A DNA stretch of 56,920 nucleotides, the filler included, from Sphacelaria rigidula (lineage: Eukaryota): assembly GCA_964200075.2 (NCBI GenBank). It is 8 parts of 8 records of this genome, joined end to end, with 100 filler letters (N's around TTAATTAATTAA, not from the genome) between each part and the next. Parts side by side here need not be neighbours in the genome. Positions count along the whole stretch, not along the records: positions 7,130 to 14,157 come from CAXNAA020016880.1; positions 14,258 to 21,285 come from CAXNAA020016881.1; positions 21,386 to 28,412 come from CAXNAA020016882.1; 5 more parts are not named here. One strand, 5' to 3'. Positions 11,700 through 25,300 of this stretch are shown here, piece by piece (the first letter of the stretch is position 1; the number at the start of each line of letters is the position of its first letter). The translations under genes were made by a program, and so were the position numbers. The notes under the pieces were generated by a model, which was not told where the DNA came from, did not search any database, and saw only the letters and a program-made list of their open reading frames with translations.

Positions 11700-12800
11700 T
11701 ACGATCCGTACACCATTTGTGGTTTGTAAATGTTTTGAGTTTGTGGTTCGTACGACACAAATTGAAGTGTACACATTCAGAGTTTGTGATTCGTGCTGCA
11801 CACCGTGGAAGGTACATGTTTCCTAACTTCCCTTCATACGGGGTAAATCATGGGCACACAATAATATCCTTTAGGTCATGTGGGACGAATCATGTGTACA
11901 TATCGCCCAACGCTTAATTCCTCCGATATGAATCGCATGTACATCTGCCCACCCTTGAGTTCATGTGGGACGAATCACGTGTACATGTCGCCCGATGCTT
12001 GGTTCATTCGGCATGAATCGTATGTACATCTGCCCGCCCTTGAGTTCATGGGGACTGAATCATATGTGCATGCCGCTCAACGCTTAGTTCATTCGGCATG
12101 GACCGCATGTACATCTGCCCTGGGGTATCACGGTGTGGATGACGCCCGGAAATATTTGTGGGGAAATGGGGGGGATACGCGAACTAGTATCGTACCTTAA
12201 GTTGTGTGGTCTGAGGTGTGTCTTTGGAACACCCAACACGTGTGTAGTGACTTCTTGATTCAAACATGAAACAAATCGTACGGTCCTGCAGAGGGCTGCG
12301 GTTTGTTCCCGCTTTCCACCCGTGGTTCACGAGTCATGAATCGTGGGCAAGTCATATTCACCTTGCTTTCATACTACAAGAATCAATCATATGTACCTGG
12401 TAAATGTTTTTCACCTTCCCGTCATCCCGCATGAATCAAGGCTACGTATCCCTCCCTTTTCATAATGAATCCATGAATCATGGATACATGTTTTCCACAT
12501 TGCCTTCATATGGCATGAATCATGGGTACGCATGTATTTATTTCCTTTTGTTCATGCGGGATTAATCATATGTACATGTCATCCACCCTTGCGTTCATGC
12601 GGCAGGAATCATTGATACATGTCTCCTATATACCTTTATTTCACACGGTATGAATCACTGATACCTGTCTCGTACCCTTCAGTTCATGCGGAATAAATCG
12701 TGAGTACATATTCGTCCCGTCAAGTTTGTGCGGGATGAGTCATGGGTACATATTTCCCCCCTTGTTTTCATGCGGGATGACTCATGGATACATGTGGGTT
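11700..12800. repeat. Degenerate minisatellite of 42/43-bp units (85-bp dimer)
   Basis: GTTCAT..GAATCA..GTACAT units start at 11959, 12002, 12044 and 12087; more decayed units at 12330-12800. Confidence 0.8.
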
Positions 12801-12979
12801 TCCAACAGCGCTTATATCACCAAGAGCAGTGACCTACATGTTGCACGTGAATCGGGAGTTCAGACACGTGAACACGACAAATAGCTGCATAACATATACA
12901 TGTTCACCCGCTTACTCTCGCATGTCTCTTCTTAACTTGAGGTTACCAAACAAAATAATGCCGATACCACCAAAACTGC

Positions 12980-14040
12980 CATGAACAACTCGACGAATTG
13001 ACACTACAAATACAAGAGTATGTTGCGGAATACCCCTTCCTCCGGCAAGTGCACCACCGTGTTTACAACCTGGGAGAAGCGGCCCGTCGTACTCGCTTTT
13101 ATTGAAGCCAGAGGAGGCACGGCAACTCCATCTCGCCATAATACAGCGCGGTTGCTGGTCGACGGTTGGCATGTTGTTCTCAGGCTTTTGACAGTCGCCG
13201 ACAGCCGTCGAGCGACTATTGCTAAGTTCCACCGCGGCGATACCGCGGTCGACGATGGAGGCGGCTGTGATCTCGCACGAAGCACGACTAGCCAGCCCCG
13301 CCGACGCCACGAATCATCGGTGGGTGTCAGGCCTTCTTCGAGGCTGGTGCTTGGACCTCTTCTACCGTATCGTGACGTTCTGCGCCTTACTTTCCGGTAC
13401 AGACTTGAAGCCAAAGGGCGGACGAAAACCATTGTCATACGTAAAAGCATCAAACCATACAGGACTAAGAACGTGCGAATCAAAGCGCTCTCAGTACGTA
13501 AAAAGGCAGTGACCCAGCCCCACCACATGATGGCGCCGAACAACGTCAAAAGCATCACGACGAAAACCATTCCTATCGATTCCGTGCACATGACGCTTTG
13601 TGTATTGGATCCTGCAGATGTCCGCTGCTGTTCGCGGTTTGTCCTGTGTCGCCGCACGGACGTGTTCCGTTCCCGGGAGCACCCCAAGAGCGAGCCTATG
13701 CAGTGGTGAAGCAAACAGGAAAACGGGGTGGGCTCCGTGAGTACGACGAGTATAAATCAATAATATAAGCGTTGTGGGCCACGCTGCTCACCACGAAAAG
13801 TACCACACACAAACAAAATAGGGCGTCCATCGGTTTTGAGGCTAGTCGGTCTTGGAGCGTATGATCTGTTCGCACGATGGGTCTTCGGCTCACTTGTGCA
13901 CCTGCAGCCGGCGATCGTGCGAGTCACGTTGTACGGTTTTGCTTCACGTTTACATCATCTCGTAGTCCTACTGTCGGGTGCCCATCCTTTCATCGAGAGT
14001 ATGAATTTGAACAATCGGATCAGCCTGCCGCAGGTACGTA
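12980..14040 (-). pseudogene. Frameshifted intronless putative membrane-protein gene
   Basis: Hydrophobic segments ALFCLCVVLFVVSSV, IGMVFVVMLLTLFGAIMWWGWV and TFLVLYGLMLLRMTMVFV in successive overlapping minus-strand frames. Confidence 0.3.
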
Positions 14041-16899
14041 GATGACCCGCATTCTATCCCTAACTCCATCGCAGGGCACACTAGTTGGACACCCGTGAGG
14101 CAGTGTATAAGCTGTGGCTGTCTCTGGAAGTGGCGATACCACAGAATAAAGCAACTCNNNNNNNNNNNNNNNNNNNNNNNNNNNNNNNNNNNNNNNNNNN
14201 NTTAATTAATTAANNNNNNNNNNNNNNNNNNNNNNNNNNNNNNNNNNNNNNNNNNNNGGAGCGATGTCTGACACACTTATGAGCCTCTTTTTCGTGCAAC
14301 CAAATACCCCCCCCCCCTGTCGTAGGATGACTCGATTGTACTGATCCAAGACGTACTGATACCAGCGTTTTTACGTCTTCGGCGCCGTCGAAAGCACACA
14401 CGAAGACTGTTTCAACACCACCCGCGGAAGGGGTGACAAAACGTTCCCGCTCAGTCTCCCCGACCCTATGCAGGAGCACTAATGACGACCGCTCATATCG
14501 ACCACCGCCTTCACCTCTTCGCACACAGCGTAACAGTTGCGTTAACGCACAGCTTAGCTCTACGCTCGGCTCTGGACTTGGTCCTCCAGAACTGAATGTA
14601 AATGTGAGGTGTGGGAATACCAACTTCCCGTCCCTGAGGCAAAGCCTTCCCTCAGCGACCGCGCGCATAGGCAGTAGTGTGCTCCACTCGACTGTATCAG
14701 GTGTCGCTGGTCTGAATTTCACCACTTCGGGTCAATTAACACCCATCCAGCTCGAACGAGTTCGTTCTTCGCGTTCATTGCACCACGCGAAGCTACCCCT
14801 GAATGATTCTCACAAGAAGCGTCCTAATTTACATTCTGCTATGACTCCTCAGCCAAGCTTGCCAACGGAAAGTCGACAAGCTTCGCCCGAGCATGCCCCC
14901 AATGCGGACACCATCCACCCAACTGGACGCAGTTGAGGTTTCCCCAAACACTTCGGAAGTTTCCCGCCCGTTGCCATGGCGAGAGAGGGAGCCCCGTGAA
15001 CATGCCCGCACAATAGCGCGCGCATTAACACGTATACCTCCCTCGACTGGAACGCCTTGACTTCATTCTCTCCAAAATGTGATGACTTTGGGCTTGATGA
15101 ATTCATCAGGCATCATAGAAGAATTCAAATCAGATGTTTCTGATGTTTTTGCCTATTCTATGGACGAACCTAGCATCAAACAACACGGATCCCCCAAGAC
15201 GTTGACCCCTGTCTTCCCAACACGGTCATCTATGAAATTGCTAATGACCAGCCGAGCTGTGCAAACCCTGGGGATCACATACCATCCACCATACTTTCTG
15301 GTGAGAGACCCAACCGCCGGCGGATCACCCGCCGTCCGTTTTCGCTGTCAGCACTGCTGTTCCCGATCAATTACCTTGGGTGAACATGGTTCGGATCTTG
15401 TCGGAGGTAAAGTGTATGTTGATCCTGCCACTTCTATACTCCACAACGCCTGCCAAGCTTGCCTTTCTGTTAGATAGTGGCAGCCCACAAACATGTGTTC
15501 GTGAATCAATGTGGCAAAACATGAAACGGACTGGCGCTGCTTCAGAAGTTTGCGAAATCACCACCCAGCCTCGAGTATGGGGCGGTTTTGGTGACACCTT
15601 CGACCACACGAAAATCAGTACGTCTCAGTGTGCAATTCTTTCACGACACAACTCGTTTTGCCAGCCTTGCAGTCTAGGCATATATCGTCCCCGACAGCAC
15701 CATAGCTCACGCCTTGGTACTGGGCAGAGATATTTACATGCGGTTTGATCAACGCACCTACCTCACGCTACCACAGTTATCGCCACAGTCTGTGCCTCGT
15801 GGAGAATGTAACATGAACATTTCGATACTCTTCACGGCGCTTTAGCGTATCGAAAAATGAACAAGCTACCGGAGCTGCTAAGCACCTACGATACGATGGT
15901 TGTGCTGGTGTTACCCTCTCCGATAAACTCAACATCGAGATTTTGCCCTCGTTCGACGAAACGGTATGCCTATCTTTACGGGACATTACCTCGCCGAAAT
16001 ACTTCCTCGAGTTGGTGCGCCCGCCGGCACCGAGCACTTTGTCTCAGCAGGCACACAACTTTTACCCCTCATCGGTCATGTTAACGTGGAACCCGGTGAT
16101 GTTTTGGGTATCGCTGCTGCTCCCTTGATATACACTTCACTTGAGACATATGTTACTGAACCCTCGGCGTCCAACTCGGCGTCTTCGACAGGCTGTTCTA
16201 TCAATTGCGTCGATGAGCCTTATTTCGACATAGCCTTTTCGTCTCCATCACGTATCCCCACCGTAGACCCTGCTCAATCAACTTACCACCCTCCTGCTGG
16301 AGTGCTTCAACACATATCACCAGAATTTCGGGAAAGTTTCTTGCACATGTGGAATCAACTTCCATCCCATTTACGTGACATCAACTTTGACCTACATGGA
16401 CACGGTTGGGAACCCGCAGTCGTTAGACAGTTGAGCGATGTTTCTTTGGAGTACTAAGACCGATTTTCTCAATCCAAAACGGATCTTGGGCATTACAAAA
16501 TGCCGCCCTTTGAAAGTACACTTCAACCTGGCGTTTCAACCATCTCTTCCCGACCGTATCGGACAAATCCCACCCTTACCAAAACGAAAACACCATCTCA
16601 GATGCGTACTTAGGTGCCGGATTAATCCGACACTCCACTTCTCCATGGGCCTCACCCCTAGTGGTAGTCCCCAAAACGGATAGACTCTCTAGGCGAAGGC
16701 AAAATATTCAGTACCTTCGATTTCGCTCCTGGATTTTTCCAGAATGCCATTCACCCTGACGCAGTCTCACTGACAGCGTTCCGTACATCTTTCGGGCTCT
16801 GCGAATGGCTCCGTAGGCCACAAGCACCGTCATTGGACCAGTTTGTTTCCCATGCTTAATGCAACGCGTCACAGAGAATCTCGAAAACGTCATCATGTA

Positions 16900-17309
16900 A
16901 TAGAGGATTCTATAAAATGAGGTTCATCAATGAAATGAGATTCGAGCTCAAAACAGTGCTTTCTCCACGCTTTCAGCGATGGTGGCCAATGACTTTCTTG
17001 TCGGCCTAATGCCCCTCGATCGCGTAGATACTTCTTCAGCGCAGTTTATCGACTCTGTGAGCTTACAGCGCTGTCCGAAACCGCCATTTCTACTCATTTT
17101 TTAGGGGGGGGGATATCAGGGAAACAGCAGTTCCGGTCAGCGCTGTAAGCTCACAGAGTCGGTAAAATGCGCTGAAAAAGTATCTACGCGATCGAGGGGC
17201 ATTGGGCCGACAAAAAGGTCGTTGGGCACNNNNNNNNNNGTGGAGAAAGTACTGTTTTGGGCTCGAACCTCATTTCATTGATGAACTTCATTTTATAGAA
17301 TGCTATGTT
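16900..17309. mobile_element. Foldback MITE (~180-bp inverted arms) with candidate 5-bp TSD ATGTA
   Basis: ATTCTATAAAATGAGGTTCATCAATGAAATGAG... pairs with ...CTCATTTCATTGATGAACTTCATTTTATAGAAT; ATGTA at 16895-16899 and 17310-17314; removing it restores the RT frame. Confidence 0.85.
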
Positions 17310-18637
17310 ATGTACATGGTCGACGCTATCGCCTTCGATGCCTCCCCTATTGCGCATGTGCGCATCTTACGAGAGTTTCTTTCTCGCCTACGGACGTACG
17401 ATTTGAAACTGTCTCCATCCAAAGCTTGCCTTGGCGGGACTGAATTGGATTTCCTGGGACTTCCAATATCACCGGCGGGCCTACACCCGGAAACCAACAA
17501 CGTCAGAGCAATGGCTGAACTGTCGACACCCACGAACATCACTCAGCTCCGCTCATTATCGGGTGGACTTTCTTACTATCGCAGTTTATTACCTAACCTG
17601 TCAAAACGGATTTGCTCCATTACTTACTTGCTTCAAATGGGCGACGCGTTTGTCTCCACCAAAGACGTGAAAGCTACCGTTCGCGATTTGCTGAAGACGC
17701 TTGCCGAAAAACAGACTATCTGTTTTCCAGACTGGGAGGCGGCGCAAGATGGCCCTCGTCTCTTTCAAATGCATACAGACGCCAGCATCGACGGGTTCGG
17801 CGCGGTTCTGAATCAACCTCAACTCGATGGCTCTGTTGGACCCATTCTCTACATCAGCCGCGCCACCCTGCCAAACGAGGTCAACTGCAGCCCACCGAAG
17901 TTGGACGGCGGGGTCATCACTTGGGCCATAAAGCGCCTTCGACAATATTTGTTCCACGTGCCTTTCCAAATCTACACGGATCACGGACCACTCGAACAAC
18001 TCGCTAAGGTTGGCGAACATAATTCGCGTGTGCAACGCTGGTTGGAGTTCCTGACAGCTTGTCAGTATACTGTCGAACACCGCCCAGGCGAAACCAATGG
18101 GAATGCCGACCTTCTCTCCTGCCTGCCCCATCTTCCAACGGCCGTAGACTTTAGCCCAGCTTGCCGATTAGCTGAACCCGATGAACCAGGCGTGTACCCT
18201 ATCCGGCGTTGCTCAACGCCTACTTGCGCCCTTGACCTTCATCGCCCAGACACCGATATGCACACGGCCGGCCCTAGCCCCCTACCGTATGATGAAGTCT
18301 TGGGTGGGCTAAGGCCCACAAATGCCGATTTCGTCGATTTCCGCACTATCGATCCTCGCGCAAATATTTCAGTTCCGCCACCTCCAATTGTCCATCTCAT
18401 TTCCGACAACACGCGCTCTCGACCTGCCGCCCGCGCCAGCCCTCCCTGCGCCCCGCCGCCACCAACAACACCTCCTGCCCCCACGAGTAGAGTAGCACCG
18501 ACTCTCCGCAACAGCGGTTCACGAGCCTTATCGACACATGCAACGCGCAATGCTCGTAACAAGGGCCGAGAACGCTCTCCGGCGCGCACTACTTCGACAA
18601 TGCCACCCTCCGCGGCATCGTTAGTACCAAACCCTTC

Positions 18638-20226
18638 CAAGGGTAGGTTGAGTAGAGTATGTACTTTTTAGTACTCGAGTAAAACACTTGAGTATTTACT
18701 CTACTCGACGTTTGAGTACGTTGAGTATGGCCTCAAATACTCTACTCCAATTTTGAGTAGGTGGAGTACAATTTCAAATACTCTACTCAAAGATTGAGTA
18801 AGCACTCTCAGTAATACTCGAGTATAGAGTATCGCTTGAGTACGACCTCAATACTCTACTCAAATTTCGAGTAGGTCGAGTACGGCCTCAAATACTCTAC
18901 TCAATTTTCGAGTAGGTTGAGTATGGTTTCAAATACTCTACTCAAATTTTGAGTAGGTCAAGTACGACCTCCGATACTCTACTCAAATATTGAGTAAGTA
19001 CTCCCAATAATATTCGAGTATAGAGTATCACTTGAATATGAGCTCAATACTCTAATCAAATTTTGAGTAGGTTGAGTGTGGTCTCAAATACGCTACTCAA
19101 ATATTGAGTAACCACTCTCAGTAATACTTGAGTATAGAGTACCCCTTGGGTATGGTGAGTACCCCTGACAGTCGGCGACTTCGTGACGTCAGTTCACAGA
19201 CTATGTTGAATGCATGGGCGAACGATGGCCATCAATTAGATGGGCGGCATTACACCACCGCCAACAAGGAGTACGAGCGAATGATGGGCCATAAAAATTT
19301 CAAGAAGCATGCAGGTGAACGAGCCTACTTGCCCCAGCGCCCCATCTCACCAGCCCCCGCCCACGGCAGTTCATACTCGATACCTCTTCACGCCTTCGAT
19401 ATTACCTATTTCAGTACAGAGCGCTACTCATCATCATCGAGTAATCGAGTAATCGAGTAATCGAGTAATCGAGTAGGTATTATCAAAATGAGCGACTCTA
19501 CTGGCCACGGTTTGACAAGACAGTTTGACCTTGAATCAACACTCATCATGAATGGGCAACTCTAGGAATATCTCGGTATTTCTTCCACCCGAGTTTGAAT
19601 ATCTTACCTACGAACTTGAATATTGAAGTTGAAGTTATACGTTTTCGGTACATCCGATCCGGCCTCAGATACTCCACTCAAATTTTGAGTAGGTCGAGTA
19701 TGATCTCCGATGCTCTTCTCAAATTTCGAGTAGGCCGAGTACGGCCTCAAATACTCTACTCAAATTTTAAGTACGTTGAGTACGGCCTCAAATACTTTAC
19801 TCAAATTTTGAGTAGGTGGAGTACGACCTCAAAGACTCTCTACTCAAAGATTGAGTGAGCACTCTCAGTAATACTCGAGTATAGAGTATCACTTGAGTAT
19901 GACCTCAATACTCCACTCAAATTTCGAGTAGGTCGAGTACGGCCTCAAATACTCTACTCAATTTTCGAGTAGGTTGAGTATGGTCTCAAGTACTCTACTC
20001 AAATTGAGTAGGTTGAGTATGGTCTCAAATACTCTACTCAAAAATTGAGTAAGCACTCTCAGTGATACTTGAGTATATAGTATCACTTGAGTATGACCTC
20101 AATACTCTACTCAAATTTTGAGTAGGTTGAGTATGGTCTCAAATACTCTACTCAAATTTTGAGTACTAAAAGTATGACTCTTCAAAAATACTGAGTATTG
20201 AGTATACTCTACTCGATCTGCCCTTG
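18638..20226. mobile_element. Non-autonomous hAT-like TIR element with ~41-bp subterminal repeat arrays
   Basis: TIR CAAGGGTAGGTTGAGTAGAGTAT / ATACTCTACTCGATCTGCCCTTG; 8-bp TSD AACCCTTC / AACCCTGC; arrays of GAGTAGGTTGAGTATGGTCTCAAATACTCTACTCAAATTTT at 18700-19140 and 19660-20165. Confidence 0.85.
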
Positions 20227-20890
20227 AACCCTGCTGATGATCCCGATGTACATATCGACGTTGGCACCCTCACCCCGCCGCCTGTCCCACCGATGCCTGA
20301 GCCATCATGCCTGGTCAGCTCTCCGGCGGAAAGCCAACTGCGTGAATTCCTCGTCAGTTACTCCCATCGTGATTGGGCTCGTGAATAACAAGCGGAATAA
20401 TTATGCCACGCAACCATACGATACTTACATGGTCTCGTATTCCGTAGGACCGGGGCCACTGCCGATGGTAAAATACAGTACGAGCTGGCCGAGGAAGAGT
20501 CGGCCTGGATCGTTGTCGAGTAGGGTCTCACTTTGATTTCCACGCTGTTGATGGGTAGTGTGAGGAATGGCTGCGTGAGAGCAGCGGAGCACCTTGCACG
20601 GGGTGTGGGGCCTGGGGAGGTCCCTAATGATCGGCGGCAGCCACGACCGGTCATGGTCTTGGAGGTGCAAGCGAGCCAACGTTGTCGGAGCTACGGAAGT
20701 AGGCGGTGGTGTGGAAGCGGCTGCCGGCGTAAAAGGACGCGCAGCCATGGCGGGCGTGGGAGGGTGTGCCGTAGCCGAGGCGACCGCCGCAGCACAGGTA
20801 GGGTGGTGGACCTTCCGGGGAATGCGGTACTCAGTACCATGCCGCAGCACCCGCGCGGAAGTCGGCGTTCGGATATGGGAGGGGGGGGGC

Positions 20891-20953
20891 GTACTCATTT
20901 GTTGCTTGCCTTAGTCGTTTGACCATTGACCACGCATCCCTTTCGAGACGGAG
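20891..20953 (-). repeat. Short LINE-tail copy next to a G-run
   Basis: Reverse complement matches 4736-4800; G-run at 20881-20889. Confidence 0.85.
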
Positions 20954-22327
20954 TTCGGATAGGGGGGAGGTGGCAGTTCGCTTCCAACGAGCTAAGACTT
21001 CGCTCCTCCGCGGCCATGTCATTAGTGTAGTCGCGCACTCTTTGTTCATCCTATCTGATAAGGTCGCGAAGTGTACGAGCTTCAAGGTGTTTAGCCTGAC
21101 CGATATGTCGCAAGACGTGCGATCGGCAGCCTCTGTCGGTGTGGGTAACGTAGGGGCGGGGGCTGGGAGCGCGGCCAGTGCGGGATATTCTTGCAGGAGT
21201 TTATTCTACTCGGCCGGCGGCTCGGTCAAATAGATGCGTAGTATAGCCTCTGCCAGACGATCTGGACAAGAGGGCTATTCAGTGANNNNNNNNNNNNNNN
21301 NNNNNNNNNNNNNNNNNNNNNNNNNNNNNTTAATTAATTAANNNNNNNNNNNNNNNNNNNNNNNNNNNNNNNNNNNNNNNNNNNNATGGAGGGATGGGAC
21401 TTCAACCTCATATTATGTTTCAACCCCAAAAATTAGGATCGGCTGTTAATTAGTTATTCCATCTCCTCGCGGAATATTTTGTCGGCCTTATTTTTTTTTT
21501 TATATATACATATACATCGCATGAACACGAACGGATCCGGGGGGGGGGTCAGTGCAGGCGACACCATTAACCAAATTAATCAAGAAATCACCCATACTGT
21601 AGCAAGGATCCGGTTTGAAAAATTGACTAGTTTTATATATGAGAAGCAACGCATATCATGTGCCACAGCCTACATCGCAGCAGCCATTCACCCATTTGTT
21701 TCAGAATGTACCATAAATCGCCGGACAACATACAACCATCGACGAACGTTACATCACATAACACATGGTAACTTCTGGACCCCCAAGGACAACGAGACAA
21801 ATGGCCAGTTTCTTGAACCGACGAAAGGCCACAAAGTAACTATCACCACATGCTTATCACAGCGACCCAAAGATGACTAGACCGACATAACTCGGAGTGA
21901 GACTGGTTGCCGACATTGGTAAAGATGATAAGTCGACCGTGAAGTGGTGGACCCGCTCCCTTCAGTGCCCGCGATCATTTTTTACAGCGCACGGTTGGAA
22001 CCGAACACGATATGGCGATAACCAGAGAATGATATAAGAAAAGAAGTATACGGCGTATATAAAAAAAGTATTTGAAAGTTCATGTCCATATCGACCTGAA
22101 GCACAACATCGCTCAGCATTTATGAACATGAATCCCCATATGTTAACACGGACTAATTAGACCGGATAGCAGAATGTAATTAACATCCACCAACAATTGC
22201 ACATCATTCGAGTCGTGAAATCCAAGACGAACCTACCGCCCAAACGCCGGTTCGCAAAACCGACGACGAGACAAACATGATGCATCAGTTACCCAATATT
22301 GTTGCAATTGGACATCATATACGCAGT

Positions 22328-25300
22328 ATGGACCCTGCGTCATCAGCCGCACCAACACGCAGACATTCTAGATCCGATGCTATACAGCGAAAAAAATCTT
22401 GGAATCTATCGACAACGCCGTAGCGACCCTACGTGAAAGGAATGAGGATGGCGAATCAGAGGAGGATGATGCCATCCGAGATAGGGTTATCAAGACGCTC
22501 ATCGACCACAGATACTTGAAGAAATTTCGCATGAAGGGTGTAATCCATGCCGATGGGTCATCGAATGAAGATATGGTGGCGATCGTCGAGGCCATCAAGG
22601 AGATGCACCAATGGCTATCTACTCCCGCCATTGTAGCCTCGAAGGAAGGGTCACGTGCTCGTCGAGTACTCGGCGCAGCAATATCGGCGAGTGGAGTATC
22701 ACACGGAGCCCTCACCCAAGCAATCGGGCCACTACAGAGAACTTTCGTGGGAGAGTGTTCAACCAGAAGAAAACGAGCACTGACTGCCGGAAACGGCGAT
22801 GAATTGTAAGTGCAAGTACAAAAGATATACACTAGCGGCATCCGATATCGCGTACGGAAACAGTGGCGAGTGTGTGGAAAGAGGTCGACACTAGAATAGC
22901 GAGCGATGGCTACCCATGACATGTACGCGTTCGTCAATAGATACATCGGCTATATTTCGGTATCATGCCAATGACATTGTTTCTCTCACTGTCTATCGTA
23001 TATGGACCTTCTCAAAAAGACCCCTTTCATTCGAGACAGGATGGGAAAACGGCGGAGACGTTGTGACGGCTTCGACATCCGGAATCCCAAGGCAACAGCG
23101 ATGATAGCCGACGTCATCGACGATAACACGCAACCATCTCCCTGGGACACGAAGACGAAACACGACTTCAGTGCAGGACGGCATCGCCGATCCCCTGTAG
23201 ACCGGTCCCTCCAATGCCTCCAACCCGACAGATGCCCTACGTCGGGCGTGCGGTTTCTGCTGGGCTCCGGGACGGACCTACACGAGAAAGTTAACAACTC
23301 CCTACAAGAGGCGGTAAGCTCGACATATTCATCACGTAGAACATATACAGTGCAGCATACTTGTAACATTCGACGTCACCGCCCGATATCAAATATAACG
23401 TCGTTGTTCGCTTCGGAGCGTATGAGAATGCAGCTTAGTGTCGACACTCCACTAGTGAACGAGGATAGGACGCCCTATGTCCACAACGCATGGACGAGCT
23501 TACGTAACAAAGTTTAACAGAGTTGATGCAGCAGCATGTGACACTCGACCTGCGAGTCCATCATATGCTAACCCGCGTGGAAGGAGTGTCATACCATGTT
23601 AGACCAGCCCTCCCGCACTGGACCTCATGTGAAGCATCTGTTACTGTCCCACGCTGCCGCCTCCGCGATGACCACATAGTTCCGGGAGGGAAAAGTGGAG
23701 ACTGGTCACATATCAAGATCTATCTTTGCGAAGTTGATGCCATTCAATGTAGTCAAACAGACTGCGAGATGCTGTCTGTGCCCACATTGCTACAAGGGTA
23801 AGTTGATCATGAGACCGCTCGTGCGAATGTGGCCACGACTTCACTGCGGCGAGACTGCTGGGTCGCCATGCACATGCCGGTGTGACCTTTGCGCCAATGG
23901 CGGATGCAGAGCTTTCCTGCCAACCATGAGCGTCAAAGACGTCCACAGCATGGGAGTGCTCTGCGACAAGCTCCTATGTGAGAAGGTGAAGCGATACAAG
24001 ACCACGGGAGGGAGTGAGGTCACAGCACACCTGAACACATGTGTAATGGGATCATGCGGAGAATGCGACAAACATCAACGGCGCTTCTTCGACTGCCCTC
24101 GTCATCGACAGTCTGCGGAAGATGTGGAGAGTATACCGGACATCGTTCGAAGAACAGAAATGAAATGGGAGGCGTTCGTCCCTGTGGATGAGAAGGGGAA
24201 CGAGATTCGGCGACCGCAACGGCAGGGCAGACATCCCCGAGCCAACGATGACAACGACGGCGATGAGTCATGGGAGCCTCAAGGAACGGGGACGCGAACA
24301 CAATCTCGACTGGTGTGTTTGACGTTAATGTGATCCAGATGGAGAGAGTGTAGAGAAGGGGGGGGGGGGTCTTGGGCGTCTTCCTGCTTCACGAAAACAA
24401 AAGTCGAACCGTGCTCAACAGCAGCAACGGTTTTTAGATTATTGACCTCATCAGACACCCATATACACCGTTTGAAGTCGAATACAAGCGCACCGCGAGT
24501 GTTGCAGGTCGTCAGCCACATACATGAGACTGTTCTGTCATGCCATAAACCCCACCCCCCTTTCGTAGTAAGATTCCACATACGATGGTGTCATCACAAT
24601 GTGTAAACCGCTGGTACGCAGCTGCTGGGACGGATCAATCGCAGACCTTCAAAAGCGACCACTCCAAATCTCGCCACACGCGCCAATGCTCGAGACGGCC
24701 ACCCGTCGAGGGAAACGATCGTCACCACCCCCGATCGTTCAAGCAACATTCGTTTCCTTGGTATCCGTCGAGAATTGCCCGCACGGCCAAATTAACTACG
24801 TAGATCAACATTCATCGCATCCAGACTCTGTCGATAATGCATGGTGGTATCACCAAATATACGTATTCCCGCTCGCGTAGTATCTCGGGAGTTTCACCAC
24901 TGAGAATAAGGAAAACAAACGCAGTGCATAGTCCGACACATAATCACCACATACACCGCATTTATCAAAGCCATCCAAGCCTGTAATCGTTCAATACGTT
25001 TCCGCTCGCCCAGCTTACCCCCCTGAGGCCAGTTTTCGAAACCGGGAATGACGACATCACACATGAATATCGACATGAATTAGCACGAGAATGAACACGG
25101 GAGAAGCGTAGCTGCAATCCCTTCCTTAGTGGCGGTTACCGTGAACGATGATAAAGTGAGGTACACATTCCCTGCAGACCCTGGCCTACGAGACGAACGT
25201 ACTGGAACCCATCTCACGATCGTCTCTACCACATACCGTTTGTCTGTGAACTTTCTTTGGTCGAATCAGGCGGTGGTGTGGAGGGGTGGTTCTGTGACTG

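Larger units (their letters stand above)
14900..20430 (+). mobile_element. Decayed Ty3/Gypsy LTR-retrotransposon pol (protease, RT, RNase H), interrupted by two insertions
   Basis: Protease LLDSGS (~15470) and LVLGRD; RT SRPYR..SPWASPLVVV, FSTFD..GFFQ..TAF.T; YMxD at ~17313; RNase H HTDAS...YTDHGPL...NADLLS in ORF 17202-18671; coding-like sequence resumes after 20227. Left boundary approximate. Confidence 0.9.

Noticed and set aside
11700-12800. CRISPR-like or coding repeat
   Set aside because: The between-core sequences are homologous to each other, and 43-bp units break the reading frame.
18700-20165. CRISPR-like array of palindromic ~41-bp repeats
   Set aside because: Units abut with no unique spacers, no cas genes are present, and the array lies inside TIRs with a TSD.
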